A DNA stretch of 64,000 nucleotides from an uncultured Flavobacteriaceae bacterium (GCA_964008075.1 CAXGAP010000001.1:12106-76105); one strand, 5' to 3'. Counted from the stretch's first letter, positions 8,510 through 17,201 are shown. Numbers and translations: made by a program. The notes: a model not told the origin generated them from the sequence alone.

Positions 8510-8621
8510 TTTTTTTTTTCAAATATATCATTTTGTTGAATGAATTAAAAAAAACATTAAACAAAATTAATATTCATTCGTTTGTATGAAATGTGTAGCT
8601 TTGAGAATTAAACCCAATTAA
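8510..8621. promoter_or_regulatory. divergent promoter region between the photolyase operon (-) and the DUF2911 gene (+)
   Basis: 112-nt AT-rich spacer. On the minus strand there are two exact Bacteroidota -7 boxes (TAnnTTTG): TAATTTTG (8562-8569) and TATATTTG (8520-8527). Confidence 0.4.
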
Positions 8622-9461
8622 ATGAAAGCTTTATTATTCCTTTTCGCTCTTTTTTTCACGCTAAGCATTCATGCTCAAATACCAAGACCTCAACTCAGCC
8701 CAAAAGCCAAGTTAATGCAGACTGTTGGCCTCTCGGAGGTCACTATCGATTACGCAAGGCCATCTGTTCGAGAGCGAACGATTTTTGGAGATTTGGTTCC
8801 TTATAATGTACTTTGGCGTACGGGTGCAAATCGAAACACTTTGATTACTTTCTCACATGATGTTGTCATTTCTGGCCATCCTCTGTCGAAGGGTACTTAT
8901 GCATTGTACACAACTCCAAACAAAGATGCTTGGATGGTGTATTTTTATAGTAAAACTGACAATTGGGGAACTCCAGCACAATGGGATGAAGAACAAATAA
9001 GCCTTGCTGTTCGTTCAGAGGTTCAAGATGTTTCTCATACAGAATCATTTCGGATTTCAATCGAAAACATTACCCTTGATACTGCAGATTTACAATTGGC
9101 TTGGGAAAAAACAGCGATACAGCTTCCAATTGTTTTTACAACAAGTAAAATCATGGAGTCTAATTTATCAAAAATGAATGTCGATACTGCATCTGCCAAT
9201 GATTTATACACTGCAGCAGTTTATTATCTTAACAATGATAAAGATCTTCAAAAGGCTAAAGTGTGGATCACTAAGGCAGTTGCATTAAAAGATGATGCGT
9301 TTTGGTTTTATCGTCAAAAATCTTTGATACACGAAGCACTTGGTGAATTGAAGATGGCGATAGATGCTGCCCAAAGGTCGCTCGAATTGGCAGAATCAGC
9401 AGGCAATCAACAGTATGTGAATTTCAACAAAAAGAAGTTGCGTGAATGGACTGAAAAGTAA
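8622..9461 (+). CDS. DUF2911 domain protein with TPR-like C-terminus, secreted
   Basis: 279-aa ORF with a signal peptide. It carries ARPSVRERTIFGDLVPYNVLWRTGANRNT, which is characteristic of DUF2911. Confidence 0.65.
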   Translation: MKALLFLFALFFTLSIHAQIPRPQLSPKAKLMQTVGLSEVTIDYARPSVRERTIFGDLVPYNVLWRTGANRNTLITFSHDVVISGHPLSKGTYALYTTPNKDAWMVYFYSKTDNWGTPAQWDEEQISLAVRSEVQDVSHTESFRISIENITLDTADLQLAWEKTAIQLPIVFTTSKIMESNLSKMNVDTASANDLYTAAVYYLNNDKDLQKAKVWITKAVALKDDAFWFYRQKSLIHEALGELKMAIDAAQRSLELAESAGNQQYVNFNKKKLREWTEK

Positions 9462-9467
9462 TTGAAT

Positions 9468-10061
9468 TCACAAACGAGCTTGAACCAATTCCTCTAATGC
9501 CTTGTAGGTTTGCATACATGGCAATCCCATTACATTGGTGTAGGAACCATTAATTTCTGCAACAGCATACAGTCCAAAAGTGTCTTGAATGCCATAAGAA
9601 CCTGCCTTATCATGAGGGCTGCCAGTTGCCACATATTGTGCAACAATATCTTCGTTTAAATCTGTAAACTTTACATCTGTAAAGCAATTAATCGTGTGTT
9701 GTTGGCGCAGGGTTGTAAAACAAACGGAGCTAATCACACGGTGTGTTTTTCCAGAAAGAGAGAGTAACATTTGCTTGGCAACTGTCTCATTTTTAGGCTT
9801 TCCCAGGGCATTGCCCTCAAACCATAAAATCGTATCAGCAGTAATGACGATTTGATTGGATGAGAGTAGGTTGTCTTGAAATGCTTTTCCTTTTTGTCGC
9901 GCCAAATAGTCTGTGATTTGCTCAGCTTGTAAACCCAAGTCATACTTTTCTTCGATGCTTCGCAACTCAACACGATGCTGAATATTCATTTGCTCGAGCA
10001 GGGATTGTCGTCTAGGCGACCCTGACCCCAGAATAATTTCTACCCCTTTAGGAATATTCAT
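9468..10061 (-). CDS. maf: Maf-like nucleoside-triphosphate pyrophosphatase
   Basis: 197-aa ORF with ILGSGSPRRQSLL and GSYGIQD motifs. Confidence 0.88.
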   Translation of the reverse strand: MNIPKGVEIILGSGSPRRQSLLEQMNIQHRVELRSIEEKYDLGLQAEQITDYLARQKGKAFQDNLLSSNQIVITADTILWFEGNALGKPKNETVAKQMLLSLSGKTHRVISSVCFTTLRQQHTINCFTDVKFTDLNEDIVAQYVATGSPHDKAGSYGIQDTFGLYAVAEINGSYTNVMGLPCMQTYKALEELVQARL

Positions 10062-10588
10062 TTGGTATCATTTCTAGCTTCAAAAAAATCACCCCATTTA
10101 CCATGAATTTTTAGCGTTTGTACAATCACATCTCTCACACATCCCTTTCCGCCAGGGACATGAGAAATATAGTCAGAAGCAGCGCGAACTTCTGGAACTG
10201 CATCGTTTGGGCAGGTAGCCAAATGCACCTTATTCATGGCTGGTATATCAGGGATATCATCACCCATAAACAAACTCTCACTGGCTTTAAGATTGTTATC
10301 GGACAGGTATTTTTCGAGTGTTTTCACTTTGTCATGAATGCCTAGAAAAACATCTTTCACCCCCAAATCATTGAGTCTTTTTTTAACAGCAGGATTTGTG
10401 CCACCAGAGATGATGCAAAAACGAAACCCAGCATGTAAAGCTGCTTTGACAGCATACCCATCTTTGGTGTTCATCGATCTCAACATCGATCCATCTTCGT
10501 GAATCAATATGCTTCCGTCGGTGAAGACGCCATCAACATCAAAAATAAAGTTTCTTATGTGTTTGAGTTCTTCTTTAAAGATTTTCAT
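10058..10588 (-). CDS. kdsC: 3-deoxy-D-manno-octulosonate 8-phosphate phosphatase (HAD family)
   Basis: 176-aa ORF with HAD motif I FDVDGVFTDG and MGDDIPD. It overlaps maf by 4 nt. Confidence 0.82.
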   Translation of the reverse strand: MKIFKEELKHIRNFIFDVDGVFTDGSILIHEDGSMLRSMNTKDGYAVKAALHAGFRFCIISGGTNPAVKKRLNDLGVKDVFLGIHDKVKTLEKYLSDNNLKASESLFMGDDIPDIPAMNKVHLATCPNDAVPEVRAASDYISHVPGGKGCVRDVIVQTLKIHGKWGDFFEARNDTK

Positions 10589-11339
10589 TGTATTGTTTTA
10601 ATAATTGTGATGTAAAAAATAAGTAAATATCAGCCAATTCATTTGTCATTACAGTCGATTTATGACGTTCAATCGTTTGCAAATCTCCCCTCAACGCAGG
10701 ACCCGTCTGACTGTTACGTGGGTCAAGAGACGATAGTTTTCTCGTTGTTTCTTCGATCAAAGGAATCAACATGTCAAAACTCAGGTTTTTTGACTTGCAG
10801 AACTTTTCTGCCTCCACATATAGATGGTTTGTGAAATTGTTTACGACAACAGCAGCAAGATGCATATGTAAACGTTCTTCTTCTTTTGCATGTGTAACAA
10901 CAGTACTAAGCGTTTTCGAAAGTTTTTCCAAGTTGTCTTTGACATCTGTGTTATTTCCTTCCAACAGCAAAGGGATTTCTTGCCAATGTAATCGACGATC
11001 TTGCGAAAATGTTTGCAATGGATACATCACTCCCCTTTTACTGTGTTTGTTGAGTAAATCGATCGAAGATGCCCCAGAAGTATGCACCACGATGGCATCT
11101 GACAGGGGTATTTTTTGACTCACTTCATGTATGGCATTGTCAGAAACTGCTATCAGCACAAAATCACAATCGGGAAGAGTGTTGAAATGATTCGAAATTG
11201 GGAGATGGATTAAATCGTTCGGAACCCTGTTTTGATCCCTGCAAATGAGTTGTACAAGAGAAAGCGCATTGTTTTCAAGGATTTCTCTTGCAAGTGCAAT
11301 TGCAACATTTCCATCGCCTATCAAACAAATCTGAATCAT
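10575..11339 (-). CDS. Rossmann-like / DUF2520 domain protein
   Basis: 254-aa ORF with an N-terminal ICLIGDGNVAIALA dinucleotide-binding motif and a C-terminal TGPALRGD block. Confidence 0.65.
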   Translation of the reverse strand: MIQICLIGDGNVAIALAREILENNALSLVQLICRDQNRVPNDLIHLPISNHFNTLPDCDFVLIAVSDNAIHEVSQKIPLSDAIVVHTSGASSIDLLNKHSKRGVMYPLQTFSQDRRLHWQEIPLLLEGNNTDVKDNLEKLSKTLSTVVTHAKEEERLHMHLAAVVVNNFTNHLYVEAEKFCKSKNLSFDMLIPLIEETTRKLSSLDPRNSQTGPALRGDLQTIERHKSTVMTNELADIYLFFTSQLLKQYNENL

Positions 11340-11368
11340 AAGTCAAAACTACAAACTAATGTTCATAG

Positions 11369-11398
11369 TTGGGGAAGATTGAATTTTTAGTAGGTTTG
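11369..11398 (+). promoter_or_regulatory. Bacteroidota sigma-A type promoter for ndk
   Basis: Exact TTG-N19-TAGGTTTG, with the -7 box ending 14 nt before the ndk ATG. Confidence 0.55.
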
Positions 11399-11412
11399 CA
11401 AAAAAAATATTG

Positions 11413-11829
11413 ATGTCGAATAGAACATTTACCATGATAAAGCCTGATGCAGTTAGCGCAGGGCATGTTGGTGTCATTTTTGAAAAAATTGCAGTCGCTG
11501 GCTTTGAGATTAAAGCGATGAAAATGACCCAACTCAGTCAGCTAGAAGCTGAGGCATTTTATGAAGTCCACAAGGAAAGACCCTTTTTTGGTGAATTGGT
11601 TGCCTTTATGACAAGTGGTCCAATTGTGGCTGCAGTATTAGAAAAGGACAATGCAGTTGCTGATTTTAGAGCACTGATCGGATCTACAAACCCTGTAGAG
11701 GCAGCCGAAGGAACGATACGGAAACTATTTGCTGAGTCTGTTGGTCGAAATGCAATTCATGGTTCTGACAGTGATGAAAATGCAGCAATTGAGTGTGCAT
11801 TTCATTTCTCTCAGCGTGAAATCTATTAG
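11413..11829 (+). CDS. ndk: nucleoside-diphosphate kinase
   Basis: [11 protein letters not shown] and NAIHGSDS motifs. The ORF track starts at TTG 11410; ATG 11413 is preferred. Confidence 0.93.
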   Translation: MSNRTFTMIKPDAVSAGHVGVIFEKIAVAGFEIKAMKMTQLSQLEAEAFYEVHKERPFFGELVAFMTSGPIVAAVLEKDNAVADFRALIGSTNPVEAAEGTIRKLFAESVGRNAIHGSDSDENAAIECAFHFSQREIY

Positions 11830-12113
11830 ACAAATCGAATGTCCTGAATCTTGTTCCCCCCCAAAGATTTATTGATCATTTCAACAATTTTTTCTTTGCC
11901 GTAGCTCAGCTCCTGTCGAAGTACGGACGAGCTTAATTTTACAATAAGAACATCTTGCTTTAAGCTCACTTCCTTTGTGTAAGCACTTATGTTTTCCCCC
12001 ATAATTGAGCTCCAATTTTCTTGTATTCGTGCTGTGTCAATCCCATCGCTAAGCGCGTTTTTTGAGATGAATTCTCCAAGGATTGCTTTTATTTTTTGCG
12101 CATCATGACTCAT
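11826..12113 (-). CDS. DUF721 domain protein (recF-downstream family)
   Basis: 95-aa ORF immediately downstream of recF. Its stop codon overlaps the ndk stop. Confidence 0.65.
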   Translation of the reverse strand: MSHDAQKIKAILGEFISKNALSDGIDTARIQENWSSIMGENISAYTKEVSLKQDVLIVKLSSSVLRQELSYGKEKIVEMINKSLGGNKIQDIRFV

Positions 12114-12128
12114 GTGTTTTTAGATTTT

Positions 12129-13217
12129 TTACAAATTAAAAATAGAATAGCTTTGCGCTGTTTCTTTAATCATATTTTCTGTTCGCTCCTTATTGGTATC
12201 TGTAACAAACAACTGACCAAAGGAATCGTCATTGACCAAATTGATGATTTGCATCACTCGACTATCATCTAATTTATCAAAAATATCATCTAAAAGCAAA
12301 ATGGGTAATACATTCATTTGATTTCTAATGATATCAAATTGGGCAAGTTTGAGCGCGATCAAAAATGTTTTTTGCTGCCCTTGACTACCAAATTTCTTGA
12401 TCGGAAAATCATTGATTTGAAAACTCAAATCGTCTTTGTGTGGGCCAACACTGGTGTATTGTAACATACGATCTTTTTGCAATGATTCTTCTAAAAGAGT
12501 TTTAAAAGAACTGTCAACGAGTTTCGAATCATAACTCACAAAAACAGGCTCATGATTACCACTTATAAACTGATATCGATTGTGAAATAAAGGATGAAAA
12601 GTCTTTATGAATGTTTTTCTTGCCTCGTGGATTGGGTTGCCAAATTGGATAAGCTTTTCGTTATAAGTTGATAGGGTGTCTTTGTCAAAGCTATTGGTTG
12701 ATGAAAAATGTTTGAGTAAAGCATTTCTTTGTTGTAAAATTCGGTGATAGGTCACTAGATTGTTCAGATAGTTTTTATCAGACTGCGAAATGGTGCGATC
12801 TAAAAATTTTCTTCTCACAATACTCCCCTCGGATATTAAGTCAATATCATTAGGAGAAATGACAACAACAGGGATCAGCCCAACATGATCAGCAATTTTT
12901 TTATACGCTTTTCGATTTCGTTTGATTGTTTTTTTGCCATCACGCTCCAAATGACACTGAATTTGAAGGCTTTTTCCATCTTTATCAAAGATTCCCTCGA
13001 TCATGCTAAAGCTCGCATCGTGATTGATATTTTGACTTGAAATGCTATTGGTATAGCTTTTCCCCATTGCTAGGAAATATATCGCATCCAAAGCATTTGT
13101 TTTGCCAACGCCATTATTCCCAATAAAACAATTGATATTGTTGTTCAGATCGAAGTCAGTACCAGTGAGGTTTCTGTAGTTTATAATCGAAAGTTTGTTT
13201 AAAAATAGCTCCTTCAC
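12129..13217 (-). CDS. recF: DNA replication and repair protein RecF
   Basis: 362-aa ORF with a GTG start, Walker A GNNGVGKTNALDAI and an SMC-type signature region. Confidence 0.92.
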   Translation of the reverse strand: MKELFLNKLSIINYRNLTGTDFDLNNNINCFIGNNGVGKTNALDAIYFLAMGKSYTNSISSQNINHDASFSMIEGIFDKDGKSLQIQCHLERDGKKTIKRNRKAYKKIADHVGLIPVVVISPNDIDLISEGSIVRRKFLDRTISQSDKNYLNNLVTYHRILQQRNALLKHFSSTNSFDKDTLSTYNEKLIQFGNPIHEARKTFIKTFHPLFHNRYQFISGNHEPVFVSYDSKLVDSSFKTLLEESLQKDRMLQYTSVGPHKDDLSFQINDFPIKKFGSQGQQKTFLIALKLAQFDIIRNQMNVLPILLLDDIFDKLDDSRVMQIINLVNDDSFGQLFVTDTNKERTENMIKETAQSYSIFNL

Positions 13218-13304
13218 AGGCCAAAAATTGTGTCACTTTGTTACGAATCACCAAATTATTGATTTTTGATCGTTTTAACAGAATGTTCATTTCAATATTT
13301 ATCA

Positions 13305-13312
13305 TATTTTTG
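13305..13312 (+). promoter_or_regulatory. -7 promoter box (TATTTTTG) upstream of the TPR gene and ribH
   Basis: Exact TAnnTTTG 19 nt upstream of ATG 13332. There is no exact -33 TTG at N19. Confidence 0.35.
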
Positions 13313-13331
13313 CAAACACGATTTACAAACT

Positions 13332-14087
13332 ATGGCCACATATAAAAAGCGCGGAGCAAAGAAAACGAGAACTTCTCAGCACAATCCAGAAGTCGATAGA
13401 ACAGAAGAAGTTTTTTCAAACCTGGACACTGGTGCATCTCGAATTGAAAATTGGATTGCAAACTATCAAAGTCAAATTATTGGACTGATTGTTGGGATTA
13501 TCGTTGTTGTACTTACCTATTTGGGCTATCAAAACTTAGTTGTTGCTCCAAAAGTTGCTGAGGCCAATACCGAAATTTATTTTGCGCAAGACTACTTCCA
13601 AAAGGGATTTGCCAATGAAAACGATCGTGATTCTCTTTTTCAAAATGCATTAAATGGTGCCGATGGGAAATATGGTTTCCTCGATATCATTGACAATTAC
13701 AGTGGAACGCCAGCTGCAGATATTGCCACTTACAGTACTGGGATGATATATCTTCATCTGAAAGAATTTGAAACAGCCATCGACTATCTTGAGGATTTTA
13801 AATCTTCCGATCCTGTACTACAACCTCTTGCATTGGGAGGTATAGGAGATGCTTTTGCAGAACTGGAACAATTTTTTGATGCTCTTCAATACTATGAAAA
13901 GGCATTGTCTTACAGTGACAATAAGGTCACTTATCCTCGCTATTTGCGAAAGGCTGGGCTAGTTGCTTTATCATTAGGAGATAAAAAAACAGCAAGCGAA
14001 TACTTTTCAATCATCAAGGATGAATTTTCTGATGGGGTAGATGCTAATAATATCGACGCATTGCTCGGTCAGGCCAGCAGTAGATAA
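13332..14087 (+). CDS. membrane-anchored tetratricopeptide-repeat protein (YfgM-like)
   Basis: The ORF track starts at 13266. I trimmed it to MATYKKRGAKK because the -7 box lies inside the longer ORF. One TM segment is followed by TPR-like repeats. Confidence 0.6.
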   Translation: MATYKKRGAKKTRTSQHNPEVDRTEEVFSNLDTGASRIENWIANYQSQIIGLIVGIIVVVLTYLGYQNLVVAPKVAEANTEIYFAQDYFQKGFANENDRDSLFQNALNGADGKYGFLDIIDNYSGTPAADIATYSTGMIYLHLKEFETAIDYLEDFKSSDPVLQPLALGGIGDAFAELEQFFDALQYYEKALSYSDNKVTYPRYLRKAGLVALSLGDKKTASEYFSIIKDEFSDGVDANNIDALLGQASSR

Positions 14088-14088
14088 A

Positions 14089-14559
14089 ATGGCAACTGAA
14101 AACCAGAACAGTAATCACTTGCTTATCAATACACTTCCAAGTGCGAAAGGGTTGCGGTTTGCCTTAGTTGTTTCCAATTGGAACACTGAAATCACAGAAA
14201 GTTTATACGAAGGCGCACAAAATATTTTGTCACAAAAAAACGCCACACAGATTGATCGGATTGATGTTCCTGGCAGCTTTGAGTTGGTGTATGCAAGTCG
14301 TAGCGTTATCGACAGAGATTGTTATGATGCTGTGATTGCTATTGGCAGTGTCATACGAGGAGAAACAAGTCACTTTGACTATGTTTGTCAAGGGGTTACC
14401 AATGGCATTCAGCAACTCAATGCACTGGGTAAGATTCCTGTTATTTTTTGTGTATTAACAGATGATAACTTCGAACAATCTCTAGCGAGAAGTGGGGGGT
14501 CTTTTGGAAATAAAGGAGAGGAAGCTGCTGCGGCTGCCATTCAAATGGCTAAACTTTAA
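14089..14559 (+). CDS. ribH: 6,7-dimethyl-8-ribityllumazine synthase
   Basis: VIRGETSHFDYV and GSFEL motifs. The start is set at MATENQ (14089), 1 nt after the upstream stop. Confidence 0.9.
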   Translation: MATENQNSNHLLINTLPSAKGLRFALVVSNWNTEITESLYEGAQNILSQKNATQIDRIDVPGSFELVYASRSVIDRDCYDAVIAIGSVIRGETSHFDYVCQGVTNGIQQLNALGKIPVIFCVLTDDNFEQSLARSGGSFGNKGEEAAAAAIQMAKL

Positions 14560-14563
14560 GCTT

Positions 14564-15013
14564 TTATTTTTTTAAGTATTTCATCGGCACCCATAACATT
14601 CCAAAGCATTCTCCTTTTTCTTTACTTAGATTTTTATGATGAATTTTATGTGCTCTGCGAATGGCTCTTGCATACCGAGTATTGGCATTTCTAAACCACT
14701 TTACACGTTGGTGGATAAAGATGTCGTGAACAAAGAAGTACGTTAGCCCATAGGCAAATATCCCAAGTGCTATCGCCATTCCTGGCCAAAATCCATAGTC
14801 CCCCCACAGCACAACAAAACATGCGCTCACTGCTGCATAAAACAAAAAGAAAGCATCATTTCTTTCAAAGTGCGAATCGTGATTTTTTTTGTGATGGTCT
14901 TTGTGAAGAGACCATAAAAAACCATGCATGATGTACTTGTGAGAAAACCAAGCCACACCCTCCATAGAAACAAACGTCAAGAAAAATATAAAAATCTGTA
15001 AAGTGAGGAGCAT
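14564..15013 (-). CDS. crtZ: beta-carotene 3-hydroxylase
   Basis: 149-aa membrane ORF with His boxes HKDHH, HDIFIHQR and HKIHH. Confidence 0.88.
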   Translation of the reverse strand: MLLTLQIFIFFLTFVSMEGVAWFSHKYIMHGFLWSLHKDHHKKNHDSHFERNDAFFLFYAAVSACFVVLWGDYGFWPGMAIALGIFAYGLTYFFVHDIFIHQRVKWFRNANTRYARAIRRAHKIHHKNLSKEKGECFGMLWVPMKYLKK

Positions 15014-15016
15014 AGC

Positions 15017-15856
15017 TTACAGAATATTAAAACGATACCTTACATACGAGCGAGCCAAAACATCTACTTTCTGAATATTTGCAACCCGGACCCTTTTATT
15101 TTTAATTTGTTCAGAGGGAACACGTTTTAATTTTTTAAGGAGCCTTAAATAATATTTGTAAGCAGTGTAGACTCCAAACTTAGCAGCATTGGGTAGTTTG
15201 AAAATACCAGACAAACCTTTATGAAAATCGGATTCAATCTCGGCTATAATTTTTCGTTTGGAAGCATCGTCTAGCTGTCGTAAGTCAACACCGGGGAAGT
15301 ATGATCGTTCGAGTTGCTCAAAATCGTTTTTCAGATCACGAAGAAAATTTACCTTCTGAAATGCTGACCCAAGTGCCATTGCTGATGACTTTAATTCTTT
15401 AAACAATTTGTGATCTCCCTTGACAAACACGCGAAGACACATCAACCCAACAACATCTGCAGAGCCATAAATATAACTTTTAAACTCTTCATCTGTTTCG
15501 TACACTTTTTTTGAAAGGTCCCAACGCATACTTTGCATGAACGCATCGATAAATTCTCTGTCAATTTCATAGCGATGAACAGTCTCTTGAAAAGCATTCA
15601 GTACTGGGTTAGTACTAATTTTATGATCTAGCGCATGGGTCAAATCTTCTTCAAAACGATTTAGAAGCGTAAACTTATCAAAGTCATGAAAACTGTCAAC
15701 AATTTCATCTGCTAACCTCACAAACCCATAAATATTATAGATGTCCTGTCGTATTTCAGAGGAAAGCATGCGAGTGGCCAAGGAAAAAGAAGTGCTATAC
15801 GACTCTGTAATTTCCTTACTACATCGTTTTGATACAGTATCAAAAATAGATTTCAC
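15017..15856 (-). CDS. crtB: phytoene synthase
   Basis: 279-aa ORF with a GTG start, the Asp-rich motif LADEIVD and the second motif NFLRDLKND. Confidence 0.9.
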   Translation of the reverse strand: MKSIFDTVSKRCSKEITESYSTSFSLATRMLSSEIRQDIYNIYGFVRLADEIVDSFHDFDKFTLLNRFEEDLTHALDHKISTNPVLNAFQETVHRYEIDREFIDAFMQSMRWDLSKKVYETDEEFKSYIYGSADVVGLMCLRVFVKGDHKLFKELKSSAMALGSAFQKVNFLRDLKNDFEQLERSYFPGVDLRQLDDASKRKIIAEIESDFHKGLSGIFKLPNAAKFGVYTAYKYYLRLLKKLKRVPSEQIKNKRVRVANIQKVDVLARSYVRYRFNIL

Positions 15857-15900
15857 AAATAAATTTAAACAAATAATTGATGCAAATTATAATATTTTTA

Positions 15901-15922
15901 TTGTTAATTCAAGTCTTAACAA
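15901..15922. repeat. perfect inverted repeat TTGTTAA-N8-TTAACAA between the merR-like stop and the crtB start
   Basis: Read directly from the sequence. Its role (operator or weak terminator) is unresolved. Confidence 0.5.
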
Positions 15923-15926
15923 AAAA

Positions 15927-16823
15927 TTATAATTCTTTTATTAAATCTGCTGAAGATTTAAAAATCCGAATTTTTGGATTTTTATGGTTTGACATGTGTT
16001 GCACTTGGAAGCCTGTAATCCATAATTCTGATCCCTCACCAGCTAAAACTTCTTGCTCAAAATCATTTAAATAATCCTCAACACGATCGCTGTTTGGTTC
16101 GATAGTGAAGCATGACACAAACACCATCTCATCATATTTTTCTAGAAAATTTGACAAGCTGGTTGTTGGAACAGATTGCCCTAAAAAAATTGTCTTATAA
16201 CCACGATTAAGAATTTCATAGTTCAAATAAAGTAATCCCAACTCATGAATCTCATTGTCTGGAAGATACAATACATAGGTTTGGTCTAAATGGATTGGTT
16301 GCGCCTCCTGTAGTTTTTCGCAAAGGGAGTGTATTTTTTGTTTAATCAAGCTAGTGATAAAGTGTTCGTGCGAGGGACTGATCGAGTTTGTTTGCCATAA
16401 AACGCCAAGCTCAATCATGAGTGGTGTGAAAATAGACTGAAAGATTTCACCAAAACTCATTTTTTCCATCAGTTCGTCAAAGGTGTTGGTAAACAGACGT
16501 TGATCAAAATTAATCATAGAAAGCTTAAATAACCCAAGTGACCAGTCGTATGGACTTTTTTGGAGGGTAATGGAGTGCACCTTGCTTTTGATTTCATTTG
16601 CCTCCATTTTTGCAATTTTCGAAATTTTAAAGCCATTTTTGTAAAGCATCGAAACATTAAGGAGTTTCTGGAGACTATCTAAGTTGTAGAGACGTATGTT
16701 TGTTTCTGTTCGTTCAGGTTCAAAAAGACTATATCTTTTTTCCCAAATTCTGATTGTGTGGGCTTTGATTCCGGATAAGTGCTCCAGATTTTTAATACTA
16801 AAACTAGTTTTAACCCGATTCAT
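15927..16823 (-). CDS. MerR-family, B12-binding CarH/LitR-like light-responsive transcriptional regulator
   Basis: 298-aa ORF. N-terminal MerR HTH (IKNLEHLSGIKAHTIRIWEKRY), a Wx9EH motif (WQTNSISPSHEH), and the B12 lower-ligand motif EIHELG. Confidence 0.8.
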   Translation of the reverse strand: MNRVKTSFSIKNLEHLSGIKAHTIRIWEKRYSLFEPERTETNIRLYNLDSLQKLLNVSMLYKNGFKISKIAKMEANEIKSKVHSITLQKSPYDWSLGLFKLSMINFDQRLFTNTFDELMEKMSFGEIFQSIFTPLMIELGVLWQTNSISPSHEHFITSLIKQKIHSLCEKLQEAQPIHLDQTYVLYLPDNEIHELGLLYLNYEILNRGYKTIFLGQSVPTTSLSNFLEKYDEMVFVSCFTIEPNSDRVEDYLNDFEQEVLAGEGSELWITGFQVQHMSNHKNPKIRIFKSSADLIKEL

Positions 16824-16854
16824 TTTGTTTAACTTCTAATTAACAAACATTAAA

Positions 16855-16862
16855 CAAAACTA
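16855..16862 (-). promoter_or_regulatory. -7 promoter box (TAGTTTTG) upstream of the merR-like gene
   Basis: Exact TAnnTTTG 31 nt upstream of the ATG. No exact -33 element. Confidence 0.3.
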
Positions 16863-16885
16863 CAAAAAAAAATATAAATAAAAAA

Positions 16886-16974
16886 TGGTGCGCACGAGAG
16901 GAATCGAACCTCCACGGGATTTAACTCCCACTAGGCCCTCAACCTAGCGCGTCTACCAGTTCCGCCACGTGCGC
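16886..16974 (-). tRNA. tRNA-Leu (anticodon GAG), class II with long variable arm, CCA encoded
   Basis: Cloverleaf folded by hand. Acceptor stem GCGCACG/CGTGCGC, anticodon stem CTAGG/CCTAG with loop TTGAGGG, and T-loop TTCGATT. Confidence 0.9.
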
Positions 16975-16987
16975 CGAGGGGTTTTTG

Positions 16988-17060
16988 TGACTTGGCTGGG
17001 TCTCGAACCCAGGACCCTCTCCTTAAAAGGGAGATGCTCTACCAACTGAGCTACCAAGTC
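16988..17060 (-). tRNA. tRNA-Lys (anticodon UUU), copy 1
   Basis: 73 nt. Acceptor stem GACTTGG/CCAAGTC, D-arm TAGCTCAGTTGGTAGAGCA, anticodon loop CTTTTAA and T-loop TTCGAGA. Confidence 0.92.
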
Positions 17061-17064
17061 ATGG

Positions 17065-17137
17065 TGATTTGGCTGGGTCTCGAACCCAGGACCCTCTCCT
17101 TAAAAGGGAGATGCTCTACCAACTGAGCTACCAAATC
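17065..17137 (-). tRNA. tRNA-Lys (anticodon UUU), copy 2
   Basis: Identical to copy 1 except for a compensated acceptor pair (GATTTGG/CCAAATC). Confidence 0.92.
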
Positions 17138-17201
17138 AGTTTTTTTACAATGGCTGCAAATATAAATTCAATTCTACGATTAATCAAAGTTTAAATTGGC
17201 T

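Noticed and set aside
8538-8579. 8-bp inverted repeat GAATGAAT-N26-ATTCATTC bracketing a -7 box in the photolyase operon promoter region. It could be an operator.
   Set aside because: In a 112-nt stretch this AT-rich, one perfect 8-bp inverted repeat is roughly what chance would give. The arms cannot be extended. I have no comparative data, so I am not reporting it as a site.
14089-14559. ribH makes 6,7-dimethyl-8-ribityllumazine, the antenna cofactor reported for PhrB/CryB-type Fe-S photolyases. It lies within 10 kb of the Fe-S photolyase gene and next to the crt genes.
   Set aside because: ribH is a housekeeping riboflavin gene coupled here to an unrelated TPR gene. It is on the opposite strand, and about ten unrelated genes lie between it and the photolyase. 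Proximity is most likely coincidental.
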